DNA of 64,000 nucleotides, from NCBI GenBank assembly GCA_965248535.1, contig CBDFJR010000005.1:192001-256000 (forward strand), given 5' to 3'. Origin of the DNA: Phormidesmis sp. Its GTDB lineage: Bacteria > Cyanobacteriota > Cyanobacteriia > Leptolyngbyales > Leptolyngbyaceae. The stretch's first letter is position 1; each line of letters starts with the position of its first letter. The notes under the pieces are model-generated. The model had not been told where the DNA came from. It worked only from the letters and a program-made list of their open reading frames with translations, and made no database searches. Shown here piece by piece: positions 20,675-29,988 of this stretch. Made by a program: the position numbers and the translations under genes.

Positions 20675-22879
20675 TTAAGCAACTGACCCGCTGCGATAAT
20701 ATTGATTGCTCGGAATGGTTGCCCCGTTTGCAATCATGCCGACTAAATTTAACTGATTCATCGCTGTCACCGCCTGAGTCACCTCGTGGCGCGTCACCTG
20801 ACCAATTTTTCCCACCAGCAGCGTTCCATCACAAAATGAGGCGGCCAGCATCGCATCGACAAGGCCCAGCACCGGAGGCACATCGACAATCACCAGATCA
20901 TAGCTCTGCTCAAACACCGTCAGCAGTTCCTTCATGCGTCGAGAACTGAGCAACTTCACCGGATCGCTCGGAGCCGGGCCTGCCGTCAAAACCGAGATCG
21001 ATAGATCGCTATAGGTGCCCGCTAGCTGAATCGCGCTTTGACCTGACAGCCGATCGCCCGATAGCAACGTAGACAACCCTTGTTCGTTAGGTAACTCAAG
21101 CTGTTTGTGTAACCCCGGACGGCGCAGATCAGCATCGATGATCAGCACGCGCTGATGAAGACGAGCCGCACTGATGGCCAAGCCTAGGGCGATCGTAGAT
21201 TTGCCCTCACCCGCTAGCGCCGACGTGACCACCAGCGATCGCAGCGGGCTGGTCGCCGTCAATAGCTGAATATTCTTATAAATCAGATCCAACGACTCGC
21301 GGAACGGGGCCCAGTGAATCACCTGCATCATGGAAGGAGACAGGCTTTCGGCCCGTTGAAAGGGCATCACGATCGAGCGGGGATGCAGGTCTCCCAGAGG
21401 CACATCTGGCACCATGCCCAGCAGCGGCAGCGGCACCTGCTTTTGAAAATCTTCAGAAGTGCGAACTGCATCGTCAGCCGACTCTCGCAAAAAGGCTGCC
21501 ACGCCGCCTAACATCAACCCGCCCACCGCCCCCAGCAGCAGATTTCGCAGCCAGCTTGGGCCGATCTGTCGCCCGACTTTGGGCTGCTCAACCACCTGCC
21601 AATCAAACCCGCCACGGGCAATCTCTAGCCCTAGATCTTGCCGCGCTTTGAGAAGTTGCTGCAAGGTGTCTCGGTTGACCTGCACATTAGGCTGAAGGCG
21701 ATTGTATTCAGCTAGCAGACTCGGAAATCGCTTTAACTCACCTCGAAGCTGTAGTTCGTTATTAGTGAGACTGCGATCGCGGGCCTGGGCCGCGGCTAGA
21801 TTGACCTGCGATTCCACCAGAGCGCTGGCAAATTTCAGGTCGTTCTCTCCCAGTTGTCCGATCGCGACGAGTCCGTCTCCTGAGGGCGCGATCGTGGCTG
21901 CTTGCGCGCCTAAAATTCGCTGCACTTCTTGCTGCAAAAGCACCTGCTGTTTCTGTCGCTGTTCGGTCAGTTGATCTACAAACGGCCCTTTTTTAAACCG
22001 CAGTCGCTGCTGAACGGCTGCCACCTCGGTTTTTTGAATCTCGTTGAGCAAGGCCTGATAGCGGGGCGACTGACTCAGGCGGGCGGCGATCGTGGCTTGT
22101 TGTGGCGATCGCGCCAACTGCTGTTGCAGGGCCCCATAGCGAGCGCTGAGATCCTGCAACTCGGTGCGATTGGCCCGCTGATCTCGCTGCACCGCCGCCA
22201 GAGAATCCACCATTGATTTAGACTGAAGTTCGGGATCGATCAGATCTTGAGTCTTGCGAAATTTCTCTAGCGCCGCCTCGGCCTGATTGACTCGCTCCTC
22301 AACTTGCGGAATCTGTTCGTTGATGAACCCCAAGCCTTTGGTCAGTCTGAGTTTTTGCTGCTCAAGATTGTATTGCTGATAGACCTGCTGAATCGCTTGT
22401 AAAACCGCTTGAGTTTCTTGGCGATCGCGCCCCACATAGACCATCTCAAAAATGCTGGTTGTGATCTTGTCGTTGCCTTTTTGCTCCATCACCTGGCTAA
22501 CGGTGAGTCCTTTTTGCAGGTCGTCTACGGTGAGGTCTGAGCCGCCGAGCTTTAATCGATCCACTGCCCGTTGCAGCAGTTGTGACGATCGCATCAAATT
22601 CAACTGCGTGGCGTTATCAATCTCGACATTAGAGTCTGCAAACGATGAGGTGCCTGCGTTAGCGTCAGTTTTGCGGCTGCGATAGTTAGACTCACTCATT
22701 AGCTGCATTGAGCTACGATAAATCGGTTTAGAAGAGAGGGTAAACAGCGCCGCCGCTAACAGCGCTAACCCCAACCCGCCCATCAGCCACAGCCGCCGCC
22801 GCATCAGCACTGCCAGCAGTTGCCCATAGCCCGGATCGGGATCGGCCGTCGCCATTAAATTTAGATTAGTCTGAGCCAC
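20675..22879 (-). CDS. wzc: Wzc/GumC-family polysaccharide co-polymerase / tyrosine autokinase
   Basis: Two TMs flanking a coiled-coil periplasmic domain; Walker A ALAGEGKST, IDADLRRP, VIVDVPP; C-terminal YY. Confidence 0.88.
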   Translation of the reverse strand: MAQTNLNLMATADPDPGYGQLLAVLMRRRLWLMGGLGLALLAAALFTLSSKPIYRSSMQLMSESNYRSRKTDANAGTSSFADSNVEIDNATQLNLMRSSQLLQRAVDRLKLGGSDLTVDDLQKGLTVSQVMEQKGNDKITTSIFEMVYVGRDRQETQAVLQAIQQVYQQYNLEQQKLRLTKGLGFINEQIPQVEERVNQAEAALEKFRKTQDLIDPELQSKSMVDSLAAVQRDQRANRTELQDLSARYGALQQQLARSPQQATIAARLSQSPRYQALLNEIQKTEVAAVQQRLRFKKGPFVDQLTEQRQKQQVLLQQEVQRILGAQAATIAPSGDGLVAIGQLGENDLKFASALVESQVNLAAAQARDRSLTNNELQLRGELKRFPSLLAEYNRLQPNVQVNRDTLQQLLKARQDLGLEIARGGFDWQVVEQPKVGRQIGPSWLRNLLLGAVGGLMLGGVAAFLRESADDAVRTSEDFQKQVPLPLLGMVPDVPLGDLHPRSIVMPFQRAESLSPSMMQVIHWAPFRESLDLIYKNIQLLTATSPLRSLVVTSALAGEGKSTIALGLAISAARLHQRVLIIDADLRRPGLHKQLELPNEQGLSTLLSGDRLSGQSAIQLAGTYSDLSISVLTAGPAPSDPVKLLSSRRMKELLTVFEQSYDLVIVDVPPVLGLVDAMLAASFCDGTLLVGKIGQVTRHEVTQAVTAMNQLNLVGMIANGATIPSNQYYRSGSVA

Positions 22880-22911
22880 GAGCGGAACTCCTTAGGTTGC
22901 AAAACTCATCT

Positions 22912-23997
22912 CTACGCCAGACACACCGCCTTAATTACGCGATCGACCGAATCAAAAAACACGCCTTCTGAAAAGCGACTGAGAGCATGGTGACGAATAG
23001 TGTTGTAATCCCAAGAGATTTTTTTGGCATCAAGCAGCGCCGTGTGCAGCGATTCGGGGGTTTGCGACTGAAAGAAAATGCCCGTCGTGCCCGGCACTTG
23101 AGTATCTAACACACCCCCCGCACCATAGGCAATCACGGGGGTGCCACTGGCGTTAGCCTCGATCGGCACTAAGCCATAGTCTTCGAGGGCGGTCACAATC
23201 ACCGATCGGGATTTTGCCAGCAGTTGTTTACGCTCGGCATCGCTGACATGACCTGCAAATCGAATATTATCCAGGGCACGAGCTTGCAGGGTGTCGCGTT
23301 CGGGCCCGTCTCCGGTGATGACTAAATTCCAGCCTAGCCAGTTAAAGGCCTCCACAATCACATCAATGCGCTTATAGCCCAAGAGCCGCGCCGATGCTAG
23401 ATAGAAGTCATCTTTTTGAGCCGAAAATGTAAATTGCTCACTGTTGATCGGGTAGTTAATCACCACAGAGGGTTTGTCATAAATGGTTTGGATTCGGCGC
23501 GCCACAACGCTAGAGTTGGCGATATACAGATCTGGCTCTTGAGAAAAGGCTAAATCTGTCTCGCGCATTTTTTGAAACAGTGCCTCAATTAAGGGATAGA
23601 ACGGCTGATAGGCGGTGTATTCGCGCAGGTAGGTTTTGGTATCCCACAAAAAGCGAGTGACGTTGTGACAAAAGCAGACGTGCTTGGCATCGGGGCGTTT
23701 TTTGACCCCTTTGGCAAAGGTGGTGCTGCTGCTGATGATCAAATCATAATCGCTTAAATCAAGGGATCGAAACGCTGGGTAATAGAAGGGCGCTAATAGT
23801 TTAAAGTATTTAGCCGCGTGGGGAATCTTCTGCAAATAAGTGGTGTAGACTCGACGATCGCCAAGGTCGATCGAGTGCTGCGGCTCATAGAGAGACGTGA
23901 AAATATCAGCATCGGGGTAATGTTTGCAGAGCAACTCAAAGACTCGCTCCGCTCCTCCCCTCTGCGTCAAATAGTCATGGACTAAGGCTACTTTCAT
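22912..23997 (-). CDS. Glycosyltransferase family 4
   Basis: MKVALVHDYLTQRGGAERV, YKRID, EDYGLVPIEANASGTP. Confidence 0.92.
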   Translation of the reverse strand: MKVALVHDYLTQRGGAERVFELLCKHYPDADIFTSLYEPQHSIDLGDRRVYTTYLQKIPHAAKYFKLLAPFYYPAFRSLDLSDYDLIISSSTTFAKGVKKRPDAKHVCFCHNVTRFLWDTKTYLREYTAYQPFYPLIEALFQKMRETDLAFSQEPDLYIANSSVVARRIQTIYDKPSVVINYPINSEQFTFSAQKDDFYLASARLLGYKRIDVIVEAFNWLGWNLVITGDGPERDTLQARALDNIRFAGHVSDAERKQLLAKSRSVIVTALEDYGLVPIEANASGTPVIAYGAGGVLDTQVPGTTGIFFQSQTPESLHTALLDAKKISWDYNTIRHHALSRFSEGVFFDSVDRVIKAVCLA

Positions 23998-24340
23998 GAC
24001 TGCACACGGAGTAAATGCAAGGGTTTTGGAGCTAATTTGTTAAAGACGAGTTGCTGTTAAAAATGAGATTTAAGCGATGACTCAAGTTCAGTTCAATGCC
24101 AGCAATTTGCTCTTAACCGTCAACGTGAACTCAATGAAACTTTTCGCGGCGGTTGCAACTCTGCTCAGGGCTTCTGTCCCCTGTTTTGAGGAGAGTTAGA
24201 GTTATTAAGTTCCCCACAATTAGACTACTTAAGGGACAGAAACTCTAAAGAACGGAGCAAGAGCGCTTATTAAAAAGACTTATTAAAAAGAACAAAGCGA
24301 ACGCGTTAAAAAAAGAATTCAGACGACAATCTATCGCAAC

Positions 24341-24384
24341 ACTTTAGTTTTGCGACGGCAACAGATCATCACTCGATCGGAGGA
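24341..24384 (-). promoter_or_regulatory. Candidate activator site plus -10 box heading the EPS cluster
   Basis: TCACTC-GATC-GGAGGA (24369-24384), 22-nt gap, then TAAAGT on the minus strand. Confidence 0.4.
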
Positions 24385-24451
24385 TCTCTGTCGCATCTGG
24401 CTATGGGTCTAATGACATGGCTGGCTCGACCCATGCCAAATCAGCGATCGC

Positions 24452-24658
24452 TTAATCTTCATGAATTTCGTCCGATCGCAAGTCTCCAGGCTCGTTGATC
24501 ATCTCTGGTGTGACCCCAGGGTTTTCAACAAGTTCTCTAGGGTTGCCTTGATAGCCACCCGCATAGATCAAATCCATCGGGTTGACTGTTTTGGCTTTTA
24601 GGGCTTCGGCGTTGTCATTGTCTAAATCTGGCAGTCTTTCGGTTGGCTCATTGCTCAT
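24452..24658 (-). CDS. Small acidic hypothetical protein
   Basis: MSNEPTERLPDLDND...NPRELVENPGVTPEM; ATG 24658 after GCAGG; has its own candidate promoter. Confidence 0.6.
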   Translation of the reverse strand: MSNEPTERLPDLDNDNAEALKAKTVNPMDLIYAGGYQGNPRELVENPGVTPEMINEPGDLRSDEIHED

Positions 24659-24686
24659 GGCAAAACCTGCAATCACGACTGGCACA

Positions 24687-24730
24687 AGCTTAAGAATGGG
24701 ATCGCACCGCAACCCCTATCTCTGGGCAGA
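24687..24730 (-). promoter_or_regulatory. Candidate activator site plus -10 box for the small acidic protein
   Basis: CCTATC-TCTG-GGCAGA (24715-24730), 22-nt gap, then TAAGCT on the minus strand. Confidence 0.45.
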
Positions 24731-24793
24731 CTTCGTGAAGAGTCAATGCAGAGCGAGGACGACTCGTTGGGATCACGGGCAAGCGCTCAGATT

Positions 24794-25570
24794 TTAGACC
24801 TGATCATCTTCTTTGCCTAGCACCGATGGTTCGAGCCAGCCAGGGACATAGTGACTCGACTTGCGAAGCTCACGATCGAGGGCTTTATACTCGGATTCTT
24901 TTTCAAAAACCAGCCCCCAAAACTGAGCCGAGTGATTGAGATGAGTCGTGTGACAAAGCTCGTGAATCAGCACATAGCGCACTAGGTGACTGGGCAAAAA
25001 CAAGAGCTTATAGTTAAGGCTAATGTTTTTTTGTTGAGAACAGCTTGCCCAAAGGGTCTTTTGCCCCCTGACCGAGGCTTTGTTAAACGGAAGATTTAAT
25101 TCTTGACTGACTGACCACAGCCACGGCACTAGGCGCTGATAGGCTTTGTGACTAAGCCACTGCTGCAAGAGTGACTTGCAGGCATCTTCATTGTGGGTGC
25201 AGCCTCGCAAAATTAGCCGCGATTTGTCTTTTTCGGTCAGCGTGATTCGCTGAGACTGGGTGGGCTGATATTCAACTTGCCAGCATTGGTCGATCGCTCT
25301 TAGCTGCAAGTGATCAGGCAACTCATGGGAAGCCTCTAGCGAGAGTTGTTGACGCTGCTCTTCGAGTCGCCCGATCGTCTTCGCGATCCAATTTTGCTTA
25401 GTGTGCAAAATTTCAGGAATGCGACTCTGATCAAACCCTTGAGGAACGATCACCTCTAGCCCGCCTTGAACGGTCATTCTTAGGCTAACGTGCTTTGCCT
25501 TCAGGCTTTCCCGAATTTTATAGCCAGGTAGCGCCGTAAGCTGACCTGCCATCAGTTTAGACTCAGCCAT
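24794..25570 (-). CDS. YgjP/DUF45-like zinc metallopeptidase-domain protein
   Basis: QKTLWASCS, ISLNYKL, YVLIHELCH, NHSAQFW. Confidence 0.85.
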   Translation of the reverse strand: MAESKLMAGQLTALPGYKIRESLKAKHVSLRMTVQGGLEVIVPQGFDQSRIPEILHTKQNWIAKTIGRLEEQRQQLSLEASHELPDHLQLRAIDQCWQVEYQPTQSQRITLTEKDKSRLILRGCTHNEDACKSLLQQWLSHKAYQRLVPWLWSVSQELNLPFNKASVRGQKTLWASCSQQKNISLNYKLLFLPSHLVRYVLIHELCHTTHLNHSAQFWGLVFEKESEYKALDRELRKSSHYVPGWLEPSVLGKEDDQV

Positions 25571-25753
25571 GTGTATCCATCGCGGCAAGTGCTAATCAGT
25601 GAGATAAATTAATTTTGAAGGGAAGACAGTCAATTTTTTGCCAGACTGAGGGTGTCTGAAGGTTGCCGCAATGGGCTGCTGAGAGAACTTGGGAGTGAGA
25701 ACTATTATTTATGATACCAGGATCATTGGAGTTGATTGGTGATGGTCAAGACC

Positions 25754-28027
25754 CTAGCTCCGATTTGGGGAGGCTAAATTGCGAAACTGCGTAAACTGTG
25801 GCTCAAACAGCAGTTTCACCGTCCCAGTTGGGCCGTTGCGATGTTTGCTGATGATCACTTCTGCGATGCCCCGATCGGGCGTGTCTTTGTTGTAATATTC
25901 ATCGCGATACAACATCATCACAAGGTCGGCATCTTGTTCAATTGACCCCGATTCGCGAAGGTCAGACATCATGGGGCGTTTTTCGGTGCGCGATTCTACG
26001 CCTCGACTGAGTTGAGATAGGGCGATCACAGGCACGTTTAACTCACGGGCAAGTCCTTTGAGCGATCGGGTGATTCTCGACAACACTTGGACTCGATTTT
26101 CGCTGCCGTTTCCTTCCATTAGCTGCAAATAGTCGATCAGCACTAGCCCCAATGCGCCGCCCTGCTCTGCCTGAAGACGACGAGACTGCGATCGCATTTC
26201 GTTCGCCCCTAAATTGGGCGTGTCGTCAATAAAGATCGGCAGTTGTGACAAGGTGCTGATGGCGTGTCCCAACGGCTCCCACTCATTTTGGCTGATGCGT
26301 CCTGCCCGCAGCCGTCCACTTTCGATCCGCACTTCGCTGGCGAGCAATCGCTGCACTAGCTGATCTTTTGACATCTCTAGACTAAAGATGGCAACCGGAA
26401 GTTTATGATAAGCGGCAATGTTGCGGGCCACGTTGAGAACAAAGCTGGTGTTGTGAACACAAATATCATTGGCAACGAAGTTGTGCGTTTCTGGAATGGT
26501 TAAGTCATAGACCTGCTGATTGCCCAGAGGCTCGATCGAGACAATTTCATCCCAATACACGTCGCTAGAAGTGGACTGAAGAGGACGATCGAGCACTGCC
26601 GTTCTGTCTAAGCTAGGTTGTCTGACTTCGCGAGAAGTTAGACCTCGACCGATTTGACGGGATGGGTTGACGATCTCTGAATGGATGGTTTGAAATACCG
26701 ATTCTTCGCCAAAGATGCCGATTGCGGCGATAAATGTCTGAAGCGATCGCGAGTCCGTAATCTCAAGTTGCCAGGCAATCGGCTTGGTTTGAGATTCAAG
26801 CGATCGCGGCTTGAGAGCAGCAATGATGCCAAATCGCAGCAGCAAATGCTGAGTCTGTTGAGCTAACCGACGGCTAACCGCCGCAGAGCCGTCGTGAGAA
26901 GGTTCATCTGCTGCCGTTGCCCAACCGTTGACCGCAAACAAATGATGCAGAAAGAGCGCCATCTGCGATCGCTGCAATTTAAACACGATCGCCGGAACTT
27001 CTTGCCTGTGAACCGCTTGCTCACAAAGCAATTTGACCTCCGAGTCTCGAAGGACTTCGGTTCCAAAAACCGCTAGCTGGCGAGGAACCGCAATCTTTTC
27101 GCCGGGTTTGAGCAGCGCCAGCGATCGCCAGCCAGCGATCGTTAAAAAAGGATGGCTCAAGGTCGATTCGACCGAGCGGCCCGATCGCGTCGTCACTCTA
27201 AAAACAGGTTTGATCCCATCATCCACAAAGGCTGAAGGCTGCGTGAAGCCAAATCTCTCATCGGAGTCTAGGGTCAGGAGGTCTGCGTAACCGCGCTGAT
27301 AGATCTGCTCGATCGTGGTGACGCTGCCGTCTTTTAAAACAATCTCTGCGTTGGCTGCGAGACATTTTCCCATTGATGGGCGACCTGCCACGATGATTAA
27401 GTCCGATCGCTGAAACCCTTGGGTCATCGCGTCTAGATCATAAAAACCGCAAGACAATCCGGGGGTGGCCATCCCAGTTGAGAGCCGCTCGATCTCTGAA
27501 AAAGTTTGAGTCAGCACGTCGGCGGCGGCAACAAGTCCCTGCTGGGGACGGGCTTGCGTGACGTTAAAAATCTTCTGTTCGGCATCGTCCAAAACGGTTT
27601 CTAACGTTTCAGCCGTTTTGTGACCGAGTTGAGAAATTTCTTGCCCGACCTTGATCAGTTTGCGCCGCAGGTGTTTGTCGGTGACCAACTGCGCGTATTG
27701 GTCAATGTTGACCGCGCTCACCGTGCGATCGACCAACTGCACTAATTTGTTTTGCCCGCCCACCTTATCAAGCAAGCCGCGATCTTGCAGCCAAGTGGTG
27801 ACGCTCATCAAATCGGTTGGACTGCCCTGATTTTGAAGAGCGATCGCGGCTCTAAAAATTTCTTTGTGAGCGCTGAGATAAAACGCTTCGGGCGCGATTA
27901 GATCGAGAATGCGAGTTAGCGCTTCGGGGTCAAGCAAGATGCCCCCCAAAATCGCTTCTTCGGCATCAATATTTTGAGGCGGAACTTTGTCTTGAAACGG
28001 CTGAAAGTTAAGCTGTTCTTGAACCAT
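25754..28027 (-). CDS. dnaB: Replicative DNA helicase containing an intein
   Basis: PPQNIDAEEAILG, IVAGRPSMGK|intein|TSF, FSLEM, IDYLQL, LSQLSR, DLRESGSIEQDAD, KHRNGPTG. Confidence 0.97.
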   Translation of the reverse strand: MVQEQLNFQPFQDKVPPQNIDAEEAILGGILLDPEALTRILDLIAPEAFYLSAHKEIFRAAIALQNQGSPTDLMSVTTWLQDRGLLDKVGGQNKLVQLVDRTVSAVNIDQYAQLVTDKHLRRKLIKVGQEISQLGHKTAETLETVLDDAEQKIFNVTQARPQQGLVAAADVLTQTFSEIERLSTGMATPGLSCGFYDLDAMTQGFQRSDLIIVAGRPSMGKCLAANAEIVLKDGSVTTIEQIYQRGYADLLTLDSDERFGFTQPSAFVDDGIKPVFRVTTRSGRSVESTLSHPFLTIAGWRSLALLKPGEKIAVPRQLAVFGTEVLRDSEVKLLCEQAVHRQEVPAIVFKLQRSQMALFLHHLFAVNGWATAADEPSHDGSAAVSRRLAQQTQHLLLRFGIIAALKPRSLESQTKPIAWQLEITDSRSLQTFIAAIGIFGEESVFQTIHSEIVNPSRQIGRGLTSREVRQPSLDRTAVLDRPLQSTSSDVYWDEIVSIEPLGNQQVYDLTIPETHNFVANDICVHNTSFVLNVARNIAAYHKLPVAIFSLEMSKDQLVQRLLASEVRIESGRLRAGRISQNEWEPLGHAISTLSQLPIFIDDTPNLGANEMRSQSRRLQAEQGGALGLVLIDYLQLMEGNGSENRVQVLSRITRSLKGLARELNVPVIALSQLSRGVESRTEKRPMMSDLRESGSIEQDADLVMMLYRDEYYNKDTPDRGIAEVIISKHRNGPTGTVKLLFEPQFTQFRNLASPNRS
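26450..27364 (-). mobile_element. Intein (305 aa) in the DnaB P-loop with a degenerate LAGLIDADG remnant
   Basis: Starts CLAANAE after GK; block B STLSHPF; ends VYDLTIPETHNFVANDICVHN, followed by +1 Thr. Confidence 0.95.
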
Positions 28028-28198
28028 GACTAGACAGTTTCAACAAGATTTACTCAAATTGAGGAGTGAGCTACCGCCTCAATGCTCGACTCGCCCCTCA
28101 ATAGACTGTTCACGACTAGTCTAGCAGAAACTAGTAAAAATGTACTTACTAGACGGGCTGTTGAGTGAAAAAGTTCAGCCCAACGGTTAGCCCGATCG

Positions 28199-28657
28199 CT
28201 AGCTGGCAACTACCTGAATTGTGACGGTCGCAGTCACTTCAGGATGCAGCTTGATCTCAGCCCGATAGTCGCCAATCTTGTGAACGTCGGGAAGCGTAAT
28301 GCCCCGCCGATCGATCTCTTGACCCGTGATCTGCTTGATCACATCCACCACATCTTGGCTAGTGACGGTTCCAAAAATTGCGTCGTTTTCGCCGACTTGT
28401 TTAGCGATCGTAAAGCTGCCTGCTTTCTCGATCGTGGCTTTTTGAGTCGTTGAGACTTCTTTCAATTCTGCAAGGCGCTGACGCTCTTTCTCTTTGCGCC
28501 GCTCAACTTGCTTGAGAAGACCCACCGTTGCAGGTTGCCCCTTGCCCTGAGGGATCAAGTAATTCCGAGCATAACCGGGAGCCACTTCGACCAAATCGCC
28601 CGATTTGCCCAGCTTACTAACGTCCTGATTAAGGACTAATTGAACACGCTTCGCCAT
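28199..28657 (-). CDS. rplI: 50S ribosomal protein L9
   Basis: [34 protein letters not shown]; lies upstream of dnaB. Confidence 0.97.
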   Translation of the reverse strand: MAKRVQLVLNQDVSKLGKSGDLVEVAPGYARNYLIPQGKGQPATVGLLKQVERRKEKERQRLAELKEVSTTQKATIEKAGSFTIAKQVGENDAIFGTVTSQDVVDVIKQITGQEIDRRGITLPDVHKIGDYRAEIKLHPEVTATVTIQVVAS

Positions 28658-28798
28658 AATAGTTCCTGTTGTCAACTGTGCCGCAGAACTTCTTATTTTA
28701 CTGGAGAATGGGGAAGAAAGGCTTGAATTTTGAATTTGAGCGACCCAATCTTGCCTTTTTCTCTCCCAAAGTCAAGCTCCTAATCTTCCCCTCAACCC

Positions 28799-29659
28799 TC
28801 AGAGTTTGACCAGTTCTCCCACCTTCATAACCCGCAATTTGCTCTTTGCTCCCTCTTGCTTGAGCGCTTGAGCAAAGGCTTCAGGGGTGCCTGTTAACGC
28901 TGGAAACGTGCCAAAGTGCATGGGCACCACCGTAGCAGGATTGACCAATTTAACTGCGGCGGCGGCCCGTGTGGGGCCCATCGTAAAATGATCGCCAATG
29001 CACGCCAGCATCAGGCTGACCTTGCCAAACTGGGGGATCAACGCCATGTCTTGAAACAAATCGGTATCGCCTGTGTGGTAGATCACAGGGCCGTTTTTGA
29101 CGCTGATCAAAAACCCGCCGGGGTTGCCAGCAGATTGAGCAGGGCGGCCGTCAGATGCCACTGCCGAGCTATGGATTGCGGGAATAAACGCCACTTTGAC
29201 CTCTCCACTGAGCAGCGTTAATTCTCCCCCAAAGTTGCCTTGAGTCTCTAACCCGACGAGATTTTTTGGATAGCCTCCGTAATTTACCAGGGCTTGACCT
29301 AAATCAGCCGTGCTCACAAGTTTAGCGTTTGTTTTTTGAGCGATCGCCGCTGCGTCGCCAACGTGATCAAAATGTCCGTGAGTGATCAGGATGAGATCGG
29401 CCCGATCGAGCTTTGCCAAATCCGCTTTTCCAGTCGGGTTAACGGGGTTAGTGAGCCAGGGATCAATCAACAAAACCTTGCCCGCAGGGGTCGTTAACTT
29501 AAAAGCAGATTGTCCATACCATAAAAGTTGGGTGTTGAGGGCAGGTTGAGCACTGCTGCTAAAAACGGTGCTGCCTATCACCGCCCCCGCCAAGATGAGG
29601 GCTGCTAAAACTCCGCCAACCCTGATAGAGCTAAATTTCACCCAGTTCAAAATCGTCAT
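28799..29659 (-). CDS. Metallo-beta-lactamase-fold hydrolase (UPF0173-like) with signal peptide
   Basis: LIDPW, THGHFDHVGD, YHTGDT, PMHFGTF; hydrophobic N-terminus ending SSSA. Confidence 0.87.
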   Translation of the reverse strand: MTILNWVKFSSIRVGGVLAALILAGAVIGSTVFSSSAQPALNTQLLWYGQSAFKLTTPAGKVLLIDPWLTNPVNPTGKADLAKLDRADLILITHGHFDHVGDAAAIAQKTNAKLVSTADLGQALVNYGGYPKNLVGLETQGNFGGELTLLSGEVKVAFIPAIHSSAVASDGRPAQSAGNPGGFLISVKNGPVIYHTGDTDLFQDMALIPQFGKVSLMLACIGDHFTMGPTRAAAAVKLVNPATVVPMHFGTFPALTGTPEAFAQALKQEGAKSKLRVMKVGELVKL

Positions 29660-29857
29660 TGATTCAAGTCCTTGAGTTGATGTTCTACAGACAGCCGCTG
29701 ATCTCAGAAGATATCGAAAAATGTCGAAACCAGTAGGTTTAAACATCTTCTCAACAGTTCGAGATATTTCTGGCACACAGATAGCAGTCAACGCCGCCTA
29801 AAAGCAGTTTGATGATAGAGGGGCATTTTCCAACTGGGGTTCATCTTACGCAAAAAG

Positions 29858-29874
29858 CTGACAAACCATGTCAG
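29858..29874. promoter_or_regulatory. Palindromic operator candidate CTGACA-N5-TGTCAG
   Basis: Perfect 6-5-6 inverted repeat in the divergent intergenic region. Confidence 0.45.
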
Positions 29875-29953
29875 TTTAAAGCGGAGTCTAGCTTCAGCAA
29901 AATTTCGTAATTGATTACGTCAATTGACTATTGACATTGCAGCAGACCTACCC

Positions 29954-29982
29954 TTGCCGACCTCTCAAAAAGGCTATACAGT
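29954..29982 (+). promoter_or_regulatory. Sigma70-type promoter candidate
   Basis: TTGCCG-17 nt-TACAGT; predicted start site near 29989. Confidence 0.5.
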
Positions 29983-29988
29983 TGAATC

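Noticed and set aside
29906..29919. NtcA box
   Set aside because: Spacing is GTA-N6-TAC, not GTA-N8-TAC.
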